Below, piece after piece: positions 1 to 7,435 of a stretch of DNA of 11,987 nt. The notes beneath the pieces were generated by a model. The model was not told the DNA's origin. It worked only from the letters and a program-made list of their open reading frames with translations, and made no database searches. This stretch comes from a virus. Its lineage: Duplodnaviria; Heunggongvirae; Uroviricota; Caudoviricetes. The first letter of the stretch is position 1. Every line of letters begins with the position of its first letter. The translations under genes and the position numbers were made by a program. The stretch is from positions 1 through 11,987 of the IMG/VR virus record IMGVR_UViG_2541047882_000002. One strand, given 5' to 3'.

Positions 1-510
1 ATGAGCAATAAAACTATTTTCACAGGCACCGACACCAGAGCCGGCACACCAGAAAACAACCCATTCGGCTGGCGGGGAGCGATGAACAGGATTGCGAACA
101 GTGGCTACACGCCGACGTTCTGCGCCGGAATTGCACAGGAACTGGAAGAGCGTGCGCCTGTAAGGTATGTGGTCGCTATGCCCGACGAACAGGGCGGACT
201 GGAAGCGGCTTACTTCTCCACTCTCGACGGAGCTAAGCGTTTCTGCCAGAAGTTTGACTTCCCGTGCTTCTTTGAGTTAAAGCGGCGTGGTGATGCTGAG
301 GACTTCGCATGGATCGCATGTGGTGATGCGTCACCAAAGCAATTTAGCTTTAGCGAGGGGCTGTCAGAGTTCAGCCAGCGCATTCCACTAAGCCAGCTCA
401 GGACATTGCTTGAAGCAGAAGCATCGCCGCTAAAATCAGCCATGACTCAGGCAGCTGCCAGCTTTGCCAGCAACGACGAATCGACCGCAAATGACTACGG
501 TCTGGTCTGA
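1..510 (+). CDS. Hypothetical protein, 169 aa, function not recognised
   Basis: Uninterrupted ORF from ATG at 1 to TGA at 508-510; followed by a hairpin plus T-run at 555-585. Upstream region is outside the window, so the true start and RBS cannot be checked. Confidence 0.55.
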   Translation: MSNKTIFTGTDTRAGTPENNPFGWRGAMNRIANSGYTPTFCAGIAQELEERAPVRYVVAMPDEQGGLEAAYFSTLDGAKRFCQKFDFPCFFELKRRGDAEDFAWIACGDASPKQFSFSEGLSEFSQRIPLSQLRTLLEAEASPLKSAMTQAAASFASNDESTANDYGLV

Positions 511-554
511 ATAAACGCCCCGCATAAAACCGCGTAAAACGCGCTCTGATTAAC

Positions 555-585
555 GCACGGTTCAGGCCGTGCATTTTCATATCTT
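555..585 (+). terminator. Putative rho-independent terminator downstream of the 169 aa gene
   Basis: Stem GCACGG (555-560) / CCGTGC (567-572), 6 nt loop, then ATTTTCATATCTTCT. Confidence 0.4.
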
Positions 586-1140
586 CTCCCGAATCAGCTT
601 TCTGCGTGCCGTTCTGGCGCTGCGTGCACACGCCGCGTAAACGGCGTGACGTAAAACGTGAGGTGACGTAAACCGCGCTACCCCCTCCAACCCGCGGGTT
701 TCGTGTCGAAATGATTTTTCAGTTTTCTGGTGTGAAAAAATGGCGGGCAGGGTGCGCCAGTACTGGGGATTCACACAAATGCAAAATTTCATTCAGTGAA
801 ATTTTTTGCAATTTTTCTTCCCGATTTTCAGTTCTGTTTTTGTGCTGCGCGTGAGTATTTTCATGATATTTAAGGCTTTTTAATACTTTACGTGAGGCTG
901 TTTTCCCTGATGGCAGAATTTCACGCCCGGCAGCATTTCGCGAAAATCCAGACGTGACGCGCCCTGACGGCAGACAGTGAACAAAATGAAACTGAAAAAA
1001 ACTTCACAACAGGGAGAAGCAGAACGGCGGAAGGGGCGAATAAAACGCAGTGCGATGAGGTGACGTAAAATGCCAGACATGGCGACGTAAAGTAGCGTTG
1101 TGTTGCGGATTTGCGAGTGGTAAAGCGGCGTAGCGGGTGA

Positions 1141-1170
1141 TTGATGCAGGTATGGCAACCAGGCTAGAAT
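1141..1170 (+). promoter_or_regulatory. Candidate sigma70 promoter for the hok-like mRNA
   Basis: TTGATG (1141-1146), 18 bp spacer, TAGAAT (1165-1170). Would give a ~420 nt transcript ending at the 1562-1597 terminator, a typical hok mRNA length. Weak -35 match. Confidence 0.2.
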
Positions 1171-1325
1171 CGCCGCGGGTGCCTTTCGGCTGATGGTCGG
1201 AGGGAATACCCGAAGGCCGGATGTGGAAAGGCCCCGAGTCAACAATTACGTTAACCCGAGGCCCTAACACTTCTTACCTTAGCAAGTAGAAAGGTTAGCG
1301 CCTCCCCGACAAAGGAGCAAGCGCT

Positions 1326-1472
1326 ATGACGCAAATTCCGTTAAAAACCCTGCTACTGTGTTTAACCGCAGTAGCGATAATCTGGATCCTCCACACATCA
1401 CCTTGTGAGTTGCGATTCAGGTTTGCAGGAACGGAAATTGCGGCATTCTTACAATGTAAGTCTACACAGTAA
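1326..1472 (+). CDS. hok: Hok/Gef-family type I toxin, 48 aa small membrane peptide
   Basis: ATG at 1326 preceded by AAGGAG (1312-1317) at 8 nt spacing. Translation MTQIPLKTLLLCLTAVAIIWILHTSPCELRFRFAGTEIAAFLQCKSTQ: hydrophobic N-terminal helix followed by C-E-L-R-F-R...E-I-A-A-F, matching the conserved Hok/HokB C-terminal block as recalled. Below the ORF-track size cutoff. Confidence 0.7.
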   Translation: MTQIPLKTLLLCLTAVAIIWILHTSPCELRFRFAGTEIAAFLQCKSTQ

Positions 1473-1561
1473 GGAACCGCGACGGGGAAGTCAACTTCCC
1501 CGTCAATCGGTTGCCAGGGTAAAGGCCGGAACGGCACCCTATCTGCAGTCATGAACATCAC

Positions 1562-1597
1562 AAACCCGCCGTGTAAAAGCTGCGGGTTTTCTTTTGG
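1562..1597. terminator. Intrinsic terminator ending the hok-like transcript; may also serve the convergent ogr-like gene
   Basis: Stem AAACCCGC (1562-1569) / GCGGGTTT (1582-1589), 12 nt loop, then TCTTTTGG on the plus strand. Lies 10 nt beyond the ogr-like stop on the minus strand. Confidence 0.55.
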
Positions 1598-1606
1598 CTG
1601 GTATCC

Positions 1607-1861
1607 TCAGGCCTGCAGTAGTTCCAGCGCCATTTGCTTTTCCTCCGGGCGCATTCGTTCGATCAACAGCTTCAACACGCCGTTCTCCAGTCCGCTGGGG
1701 GTCAGCGTGTGCGAGTAGGTCAGATTCATTACCCAGGTATGCCCGCACTCAAGACGCTTGCAACGGTAATAAACATCTGCAAAGCGATCATCTTTCCAGA
1801 AGGTCTTCTCAATCACTGCGCGTTCGCCGCAACAAAAACACCGCGCTTTCTGTCTGCGCAC
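1607..1861 (-). CDS. ogr: Ogr/Delta-family zinc-finger late-gene transcriptional activator, 84 aa
   Basis: GTG start at 1861 with AGGAGG 6 nt upstream. Cys spacing C-X2-C-X22-C-X4-C (RCFCCGERA...YYRCKRLEC), the P2 Ogr / P4 Delta zinc-finger pattern. Confidence 0.8.
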   Translation of the reverse strand: MRRQKARCFCCGERAVIEKTFWKDDRFADVYYRCKRLECGHTWVMNLTYSHTLTPSGLENGVLKLLIERMRPEEKQMALELLQA

Positions 1862-2004
1862 TCTGACACCTCCTGAATAAACACGGTTTGCCTGACCTGA
1901 TTTTACCCGTCATCACGGGGGGGTAACAGTCATTTCATTCAGTTTTATTGTGTTGATTTTATGTTGCTGGTCGTACCAGTGATTTTAAGGCTCTCTCTCA
2001 TAAT

Positions 2005-2329
2005 CCGGTGGGGGGTGCGCAAAGCGGTTACAACGGTTACAACCCCAAAAAACGCCACATAACAATATGATTTTAATGGATATTGTTTGTAACCGCTTTG
2101 CGGTTACACTGCGGTTACAACGGTTACAGGTTTCAGAAAGTTATTTATTATCAATCAGTTAAAAACTTAACTTGTAACCGCCTGTAACCTAACAAAACGG
2201 TTACATGTAACCGCGTTGTAACCGCTTTTGTAACTCATCGGACCAGTTGTAATGTGTTGATATATAATATAAAAATAAGTGATTTTAAATTTGTAACCGT
2301 TGTAACCGCTTTGCGCACCCCCCCCCCGG
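2005..2329. repeat. Array of at least 13 GTAACC/GGTTAC hexamers bounded by near-perfect ~38 bp inverted repeats, with an AT-rich segment; candidate attP-like site or replication origin
   Basis: IR-L 2005-2044 (CCGGTGGGGGGTGCGCAAAGCGGTTACAACGGTTACAACC) is the reverse complement of IR-R 2291-2329 except in the G/C run. Further GGTTAC at 2102, 2113, 2122, 2199 and GTAACC at 2089, 2174, 2184, 2207, 2218. AT-rich stretch 2236-2292. Confidence 0.8.
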
Positions 2330-2526
2330 ACTTTAGCGCGACCCTTTAAAATGTTAATTAAACTCACTTACTCTGTATCACTCTCATTAACACTCTGTAA
2401 TTTAAATGTGCCTCGCCACTGTTTGACCCTTTCTGATAATCAGGGGAGGGAGAGCAAAAAAATTGATGACGACACCGCTGCAATATGGCCACCATTGCAT
2501 TGCTGTTACCGTTGGTTCTGGCCAAC

Positions 2527-2551
2527 AAAAAAGGCCAGTGGAAAACTGACC
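2527..2551 (-). terminator. Putative intrinsic terminator after the primase-integrase operon
   Basis: Minus-strand RNA: GGUCAGU / ACUGGCC stem (one G-U pair), 5 nt loop, then UUUUUUGUUGG; about 30 nt downstream of the integrase stop (2582-2584). Confidence 0.45.
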
Positions 2552-2581
2552 TCTTTTGCTGTGAATGTAGCGTTCTGTGGG

Positions 2582-3586
2582 TTACTCTGCTGGCTCTTTT
2601 TCTTCGGTGATCACTATGTTGGCTACCGGGTTAAATCTCATAGCATCTGCCAGATAATCCGGTGCAAAATGTGCGTATGCCATAGTCTGCTGAATTGTCG
2701 CATGCCCAAGGATTTTTTGTAGCGCAAGAATGTTGCCACCGTTCATCACAAAGTGACTGGCGAATGTATGCCGCAATACATGCGCAGCCTGCCCCCTCGG
2801 TAAATCGGGTTTTATTTTTTTTAATGCCCGGCAAAACTCTCTGTACTTCACATCAAACAGTCGCCCGGTTTCTTTTGTTTTTACGGCAGCACATATTTCC
2901 TGCGACACAGGCACCGTTCTTTTTCTACCGTTTTTGGTTTCCAGAAACGTTATTCTATTATGAACTATTTGCTCTCCATACAATCTGCTGGCCTCACTCC
3001 AGCGGGCTCCGGTACAAAGACACAAGAGCGCAACCCTTCGTTGATCTCCATTCAGTCTGTCAAGCAACAATGTGACCTCGTTTTTTGATAAAAAGGCCAT
3101 CTCCCGCTGCTTTACGTAAAGAACAGGAATACCGCGAACAGGATGTTCTGCATCCCACAAACCGATCTTTTTCAGGGCTGTAAACATCCCTGATAATCTG
3201 TTCATATATCTGTTTGCTGAGGACGGCTTTAGCCCTTCCGCAATTTTCTGTGATCGCCATGCAATGATTTTTAATTTGTCGAGCTCTACCGCAAACATGT
3301 CAGCCCCAAGCTCATTAATAATTTTGCCAAGCTGCTGTTTATCCGTATTTGCCTTCCGCCTGTGCTGGCCGTGATAGACCCACCACAATTCCAGTAAATC
3401 GCTAAGCGTTCTCCGGTCGCGATAGCCCTGTATAAACTCGCGCTTTTCGGCGTTCGCTATGATGTACCGTTCAGTTGCTGCAGCTATCGATTTTTTGTCA
3501 AATATTCTTCTGATGCGCTTCCCTTTACGTCCGCATGGCCTGATATCGAGCAGCCACCGCCCATCATGCATCTTTCTGATCGGCAT
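2582..3586 (-). CDS. int: Tyrosine recombinase, P2/186-type phage integrase family, ~334 aa
   Basis: Start refined to ATG at 3586 (MPIRKMHDGRWLLDIRP...) with AAGGAGGGG 8 nt upstream. Contains HVLRHTFAS and LGHATIQQTMAYAHF (catalytic Tyr) and LCLCTGARWSEA. Block-wise resemblance to P2 Int as recalled (DIRPxGRxGKRIRRxFDKK, IKPSSxNR, KAIKPDLPxGQA). Track ORF begins 12 codons earlier at 3622. Confidence 0.85.
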   Translation of the reverse strand: MPIRKMHDGRWLLDIRPCGRKGKRIRRIFDKKSIAAATERYIIANAEKREFIQGYRDRRTLSDLLELWWVYHGQHRRKANTDKQQLGKIINELGADMFAVELDKLKIIAWRSQKIAEGLKPSSANRYMNRLSGMFTALKKIGLWDAEHPVRGIPVLYVKQREMAFLSKNEVTLLLDRLNGDQRRVALLCLCTGARWSEASRLYGEQIVHNRITFLETKNGRKRTVPVSQEICAAVKTKETGRLFDVKYREFCRALKKIKPDLPRGQAAHVLRHTFASHFVMNGGNILALQKILGHATIQQTMAYAHFAPDYLADAMRFNPVANIVITEEKEPAE

Positions 3587-3588
3587 GT

Positions 3589-6258
3589 TTAACGCCCCTC
3601 CTTGTAACTGAATATCCGGCATTTCAGTACTTCCGGCTCTCTGGCCTCGGCGACCCCTCTTCCGGCGTTTGCCTGTCTGGAGACCTCACTACGAATGGTT
3701 TTGCGGCCTGTCAAAGGTCGGGAACGTCCGGCTCCGAGCAACTCAATCATTTCGCGGTCAGTTCGGATCTCCACGCGGTGAATGGCGGCTGCCTGTGCCA
3801 GTTGCGGAATACTGATAGCAATCCCTTCGCGGCATCCCTTGCCGTAGTGGTTTACGCCGTATTTTGTTATGCCGTCCAGGAAGTCGAACGCCTCCCAGAA
3901 CTCCATCATTTCCGGCAAGTCAGCCGCCGCCGCTTTAACCTGTGCTGTTGCCATTTGTTCCAGTTCCAGACATGTGGCATCAAGCCATTCAGCCGGGATA
4001 TCAATAACGCATTTAAGCGCCCTGACCAGCGCGATAAGTTGCGCGTGATTTTTGGCGATACGGGGATGGCGAATATTTTCGCATCCGCAAAGGCGTTCCG
4101 TTTCAGCTGGCGACACTTCCAGGAACGTTTGCATAATCGCCCGTTCCTGACTTACCGCCCGGTGAATAAACCCCGATACCTTCTCTACGGGGTAGAGTTC
4201 CAGCCGTCTCGCCGCCAGTCGGGTATCTGGTGAATGGCGTTTTTTATCGGTGTATATGCGTATCAGGCGCTCAATAATTGCTGGCGAGGCGTTTACCCGC
4301 GCATTCTGCGCAATTACGATAGCGCCCTTAAAATCCGGGTCATAAGTGTTGTTATTGTTGGCCTTAACACCTCGAACGCCGATACCACCGCCGTTATAGA
4401 GGCTTTTCAGGTTATCGAAGTCAAACGCACCTCTTTTTTGCGCATTGTCTCCCCGGTCTGCTTCAATCAGAACAACAGGTAATCCGGCGACCTGTCCAAA
4501 GGTGCGCTTCCAGCCCGCTTCTGATCCTTTGGTTGGATCAACGCCTTCGTAGTTGTCACGACCGCACAGCCGCCAGCAAAAATCAATCAATGTTGATTTG
4601 CCCGTTCCGGGCTCTCCGGTGACTTCAAGGAAAGGGAAGGATTCTTCTTTATCCCGGATTTGTTCACTGAACAGTGACCCAAGCCAGAAAGCCAGGGTAA
4701 TAACTCCTTTTTCACCAAAAGCCAGCCAGAGATCTTCCACCCATGACGCTGTAAATTCATCCGGTTTTTTGTAGTTAATCTGTAATGTGGGTTTTTCGCT
4801 TAATGGTTTTGCGGTTATGCCATCAATTTCAAAATAATCTTCGTCATTGATTTCATAAGTTTTACCCTTGTAAACAGCAATATCATTAAACAACCACGCC
4901 CCAATGGCCTTGTTGTATCCGATAAAATCCTGACCAATAACCTCTTTTATTGCGGGAAGGTCATTTTTTATTAATGCGTCAAGCTGCGTAGTCGTTCCGG
5001 TATAAATGCCGCCTTTTGCTACGTGCAACAGACGTTTTTTAAATTCAGATGAGGATGTTAATTGTCCTGATGTAAAGGTGTTTTTTACCGTAGTGCCATC
5101 CGGGAACGTAACACGGAAGTAATACCATGCTTCATCCGTGTCATTGTTTCGAATGTAATAAAGCGGCACCGGGTTACAGTTTGCGATTTCTTTTACTGCA
5201 CCGGATTCCTTAAGTGCAATTTTTCGCGCTTCATCTTCGTCAACATTTCGCTCATTAATGACACGCTCAACAGCCTTCATATGGCGCTCAATATCCAGCT
5301 TGAACCAGAAAATACGGTTATCAAAGGGAAAATGAAACTCCTTTCGCTCACGAAAGGAAAACATTATTAGTGCCTTATCTCTCGGAGATTTCGCCAGCAA
5401 TAAATCACCGTAATAACGGTATCTTTTCACATCATGGCCACGCAGCTTTCCGGCGATGTGTAAATCATTCCAGTCGCGTTTATTGTTGTTTTTACCTGGC
5501 AACGCCGCTGCCGTTCTCCAGCCGTCTTCGGCGCTGCGTTCTGCATGTTTTTTCGCGTAACGCTCACCTGCACGCCCGTTATCCAGCGCCCACACGATAA
5601 CCGGACGGGGATTATCCCCGCACAGCTTCGCCAGTTCTTCCAGCGCCTTATCAGGGTAGTTCACGGCAGACATGACAGAAACGGCCGCAATGCCATTCTG
5701 GTTAAGGCTGATGGCATCAAAGATACCCTCACAAATCCAGATTTCTTTGGCCTTGCTTAAATCCGCTCCCGGATAAGCCCACCACAGCCCCTTGTAGCTG
5801 CCGGAAAAATTCGCCTTCCGTTCGAAGCGTTCCGGTCGGTCTATGATGCGCTCCCACCACACGCCGTCAGCCAGCGTAAAACGCACAGTAGCAGCCTGTT
5901 CGCCGCTTTCCTTGTCCTGGTATCGCTCCTGAGTAAATGCCCCTTTCAGTGGCTCCACAGCAATATTGCGCGCCTCCTGAAGATAAGCTGCCGCCGCTGC
6001 GTATGGATCGTCTTTCGTGCTGATATAGCGATCTGACCATGACGAAAACACATCCGGGTAAAGTTCTTTGGTCAACAGGTCTGCACCGCATTTATTTTCG
6101 CGGCCACAGTGTACGATGTACGGCCTCTCAAGACTGGTAAACAGTTCCTTCTTTCCACATTGCGGACAAACACCATAGCGAAGATAGTTATTTTCTTCTT
6201 TAAAGTTGTAATCACGAATAAGACGGTTAATAATCTCTTTTCTGGTGTTATGTTTCAT
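3589..6258 (-). CDS. Primase-helicase replication protein (P4 alpha-like), ~889 aa
   Basis: N-terminal Cys cluster (CPQCG...HCGRENKC), TOPRIM-like WICEGIFDAISL, central Walker A GEPGTGKST. Track ORF starts at GTG 6276; ATG at 6258 (MKHNTRKEII) is the more likely start. Stop lies 2 nt before the integrase ATG. Confidence 0.85.
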   Translation of the reverse strand: MKHNTRKEIINRLIRDYNFKEENNYLRYGVCPQCGKKELFTSLERPYIVHCGRENKCGADLLTKELYPDVFSSWSDRYISTKDDPYAAAAAYLQEARNIAVEPLKGAFTQERYQDKESGEQAATVRFTLADGVWWERIIDRPERFERKANFSGSYKGLWWAYPGADLSKAKEIWICEGIFDAISLNQNGIAAVSVMSAVNYPDKALEELAKLCGDNPRPVIVWALDNGRAGERYAKKHAERSAEDGWRTAAALPGKNNNKRDWNDLHIAGKLRGHDVKRYRYYGDLLLAKSPRDKALIMFSFRERKEFHFPFDNRIFWFKLDIERHMKAVERVINERNVDEDEARKIALKESGAVKEIANCNPVPLYYIRNNDTDEAWYYFRVTFPDGTTVKNTFTSGQLTSSSEFKKRLLHVAKGGIYTGTTTQLDALIKNDLPAIKEVIGQDFIGYNKAIGAWLFNDIAVYKGKTYEINDEDYFEIDGITAKPLSEKPTLQINYKKPDEFTASWVEDLWLAFGEKGVITLAFWLGSLFSEQIRDKEESFPFLEVTGEPGTGKSTLIDFCWRLCGRDNYEGVDPTKGSEAGWKRTFGQVAGLPVVLIEADRGDNAQKRGAFDFDNLKSLYNGGGIGVRGVKANNNNTYDPDFKGAIVIAQNARVNASPAIIERLIRIYTDKKRHSPDTRLAARRLELYPVEKVSGFIHRAVSQERAIMQTFLEVSPAETERLCGCENIRHPRIAKNHAQLIALVRALKCVIDIPAEWLDATCLELEQMATAQVKAAAADLPEMMEFWEAFDFLDGITKYGVNHYGKGCREGIAISIPQLAQAAAIHRVEIRTDREMIELLGAGRSRPLTGRKTIRSEVSRQANAGRGVAEAREPEVLKCRIFSYKEGR

Positions 6259-6301
6259 ATATAAATCCCCCCCCACTGCACCTTTTGCAGTGGGGTTTTT
6301 A

Positions 6302-6607
6302 TTAATTACTCGTTACTTCTTGTTTCTGGGCAATCCCTGCGGCTTCAGCTTTGTGCCATGAAAAAATCCCGCCAGAAAGATGCATTCCTGATTTAATCGC
6401 TCGTAATTCCCGATAAAGAATGTTAGTTAATGATTCCATTTCATCGCTTTGTACAGCAATTCGCTCTTTGGTATTGATTTCACCTGTCAATGCTGAAAAA
6501 AGAGCAATAACATTTATTACATCCTCAAGACCGCCAATGGAATCTTCTGTGAAAAAGCCAGCGTATTCTTTTTTGTATATATTGCGGACATTCTGATTTT
6601 CAGACAT
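6302..6607 (-). CDS. Hypothetical small protein, 101 aa
   Basis: ATG at 6607 with GGGGAG about 6 nt upstream; last gene before the primase in a co-oriented cassette. No recognisable motif. Confidence 0.6.
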   Translation of the reverse strand: MSENQNVRNIYKKEYAGFFTEDSIGGLEDVINVIALFSALTGEINTKERIAVQSDEMESLTNILYRELRAIKSGMHLSGGIFSWHKAEAAGIAQKQEVTSN

Positions 6608-6674
6608 AAAAACTCCCCGACCCGTTAAGGCCGAAATATAAATTGAATTCAGTTATCAGTGGATAATTCGGGAA

Positions 6675-6893
6675 TCAGGCGGAAAGCTGTGTCACCTTCA
6701 ACGCCTTGAAATGCGTCATTCCCAGCGCTTCCAGCCCTTCGGCTGCGCGGCGTATGGCTTCGCCCGGCCCCGTTCCGTATACCGTTGCATGTGCATGTTT
6801 GGTTAACCCACGTTTATTAACGGCATAACCCAGCACAAAAAAACGTTTTTCACCACTGCCATTATTTTTACGGGATATTGAACGGCTTTTCAT
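6675..6893 (-). CDS. Hypothetical small protein, 72 aa
   Basis: ATG at 6893 overlaps the TGA stop of the upstream ORF (ATGA overlap), indicating translational coupling. Confidence 0.5.
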   Translation of the reverse strand: MKSRSISRKNNGSGEKRFFVLGYAVNKRGLTKHAHATVYGTGPGEAIRRAAEGLEALGMTHFKALKVTQLSA

Positions 6894-7078
6894 TTCTTCA
6901 CCTTTACCACTGATACTGTGAGTTCTTCTTCTGGCAATTGATATTCCGGCGCAATTTCTTCCGTATACCTGATAGCGTCCCTTGCCGCTTTTCCTTTTGA
7001 TTTATATTTACGTATCGTGTGGAAGTTTTCTTCTTCTCCCGTAATCACATTACGCAATTTAATATGAATCTCGTACAT
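6890..7078 (-). CDS. Hypothetical small protein, 62 aa (MYEIHIKLRNV...)
   Basis: Internal ATG at 7078 of track ORF 6890-7174, with GGAGG 7 nt upstream; abuts the stop of the preceding ORF. Confidence 0.55.
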   Translation of the reverse strand: MYEIHIKLRNVITGEEENFHTIRKYKSKGKAARDAIRYTEEIAPEYQLPEEELTVSVVKVKK

Positions 7079-7080
7079 CG

Positions 7081-7269
7081 TTACCCCTCCATCTCCATAA
7101 TGTTTACCGTGCATTTGTGGGTTAATTTCCCCTGTTTGTTGGCGCGGGTGTACTCCATGCGACGGGCAGCACACAAGGCATCGTCACAGGTCGGGTATTC
7201 CTCAGCATGAACAAACTGGCGAACGTCGCCGTTCTGGCAGTTAATCAGGGTGATAAGGAGCTTAAACAT
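7081..7269 (-). CDS. Hypothetical small protein, 62 aa (MFKLLITLINCQNGDV...)
   Basis: Internal ATG at 7269 of track ORF 7081-7347, with GGGAGG about 7 nt upstream; overlaps the upstream ORF stop by 8 nt. Same length and weak position-wise similarity to the 6890-7078 product. Confidence 0.55.
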   Translation of the reverse strand: MFKLLITLINCQNGDVRQFVHAEEYPTCDDALCAARRMEYTRANKQGKLTHKCTVNIMEMEG

Positions 7270-7435
7270 GGCACGCCTCCCGGACACGAATACGGGCAAC
7301 AAAGACCAGACGGGATGCCGGAAGCAGGGCGCGCGCTTCGCGCTCACTGGCAGCGGTAACGGTATGAAGGCGGATATTTTTACCGTGGCACTGCATAAAG
7401 CGCCAGATAAAATCAGGGCGTGTTGATATAGCCAT
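7262..7435 (-). CDS. Hypothetical small protein, 57 aa (MAISTRPDFIWRF...); may be the C-terminal part of a longer product
   Basis: ATG at 7435 with AAAGGAG at 8 nt spacing. The same frame stays open upstream to 7789 (175 codons), but none of the five upstream in-frame ATGs has a convincing RBS. Confidence 0.4.
   Translation of the reverse strand: MAISTRPDFIWRFMQCHGKNIRLHTVTAASEREARALLPASRLVFVARIRVREACHV

Noticed and set aside
1152-1325. Search for a mok-like overlapping reading frame upstream of the hok-like ORF
   Set aside because: All three plus-strand frames were translated; each hits a stop within about 25 codons (TGA after 1152, TAA at 1265, TAG at 1287, TGA at 1327). Not reported as a feature.
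880-1561. Minus-strand ORFs 880-1245, 1004-1270 and 1295-1561
   Set aside because: No RBS, low-complexity translations, and they are antisense to the hok-like mRNA with its SD-preceded ORF and terminator.
1594-1876. Plus-strand ORFs 1594-1866 and 1634-1876 overlapping the ogr-like gene
   Set aside because: The minus-strand frame carries the complete C-X2-C-X22-C-X4-C zinc finger and a strong SD; the plus-strand frames are its shadow.
2005-2329. CRISPR array interpretation of the GTAACC repeat block
   Set aside because: Repeats are short hexamers in both orientations at irregular spacing, with no regular repeat-spacer periodicity.
2351-3075. Plus-strand ORFs 2351-2722 and 2695-3075
   Set aside because: Mostly antisense to the P2-type integrase; the 5' part lies in the intergenic region containing the operon terminator and has no RBS.
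3778-5760. Plus-strand ORFs (3778-4233, 4234-4482, 4553-4774, 5370-5600, 5545-5760) inside the primase-helicase gene
   Set aside because: They lie antisense to a long minus-strand gene with clear primase and helicase motifs, have no RBS, and show biased composition typical of shadow ORFs.
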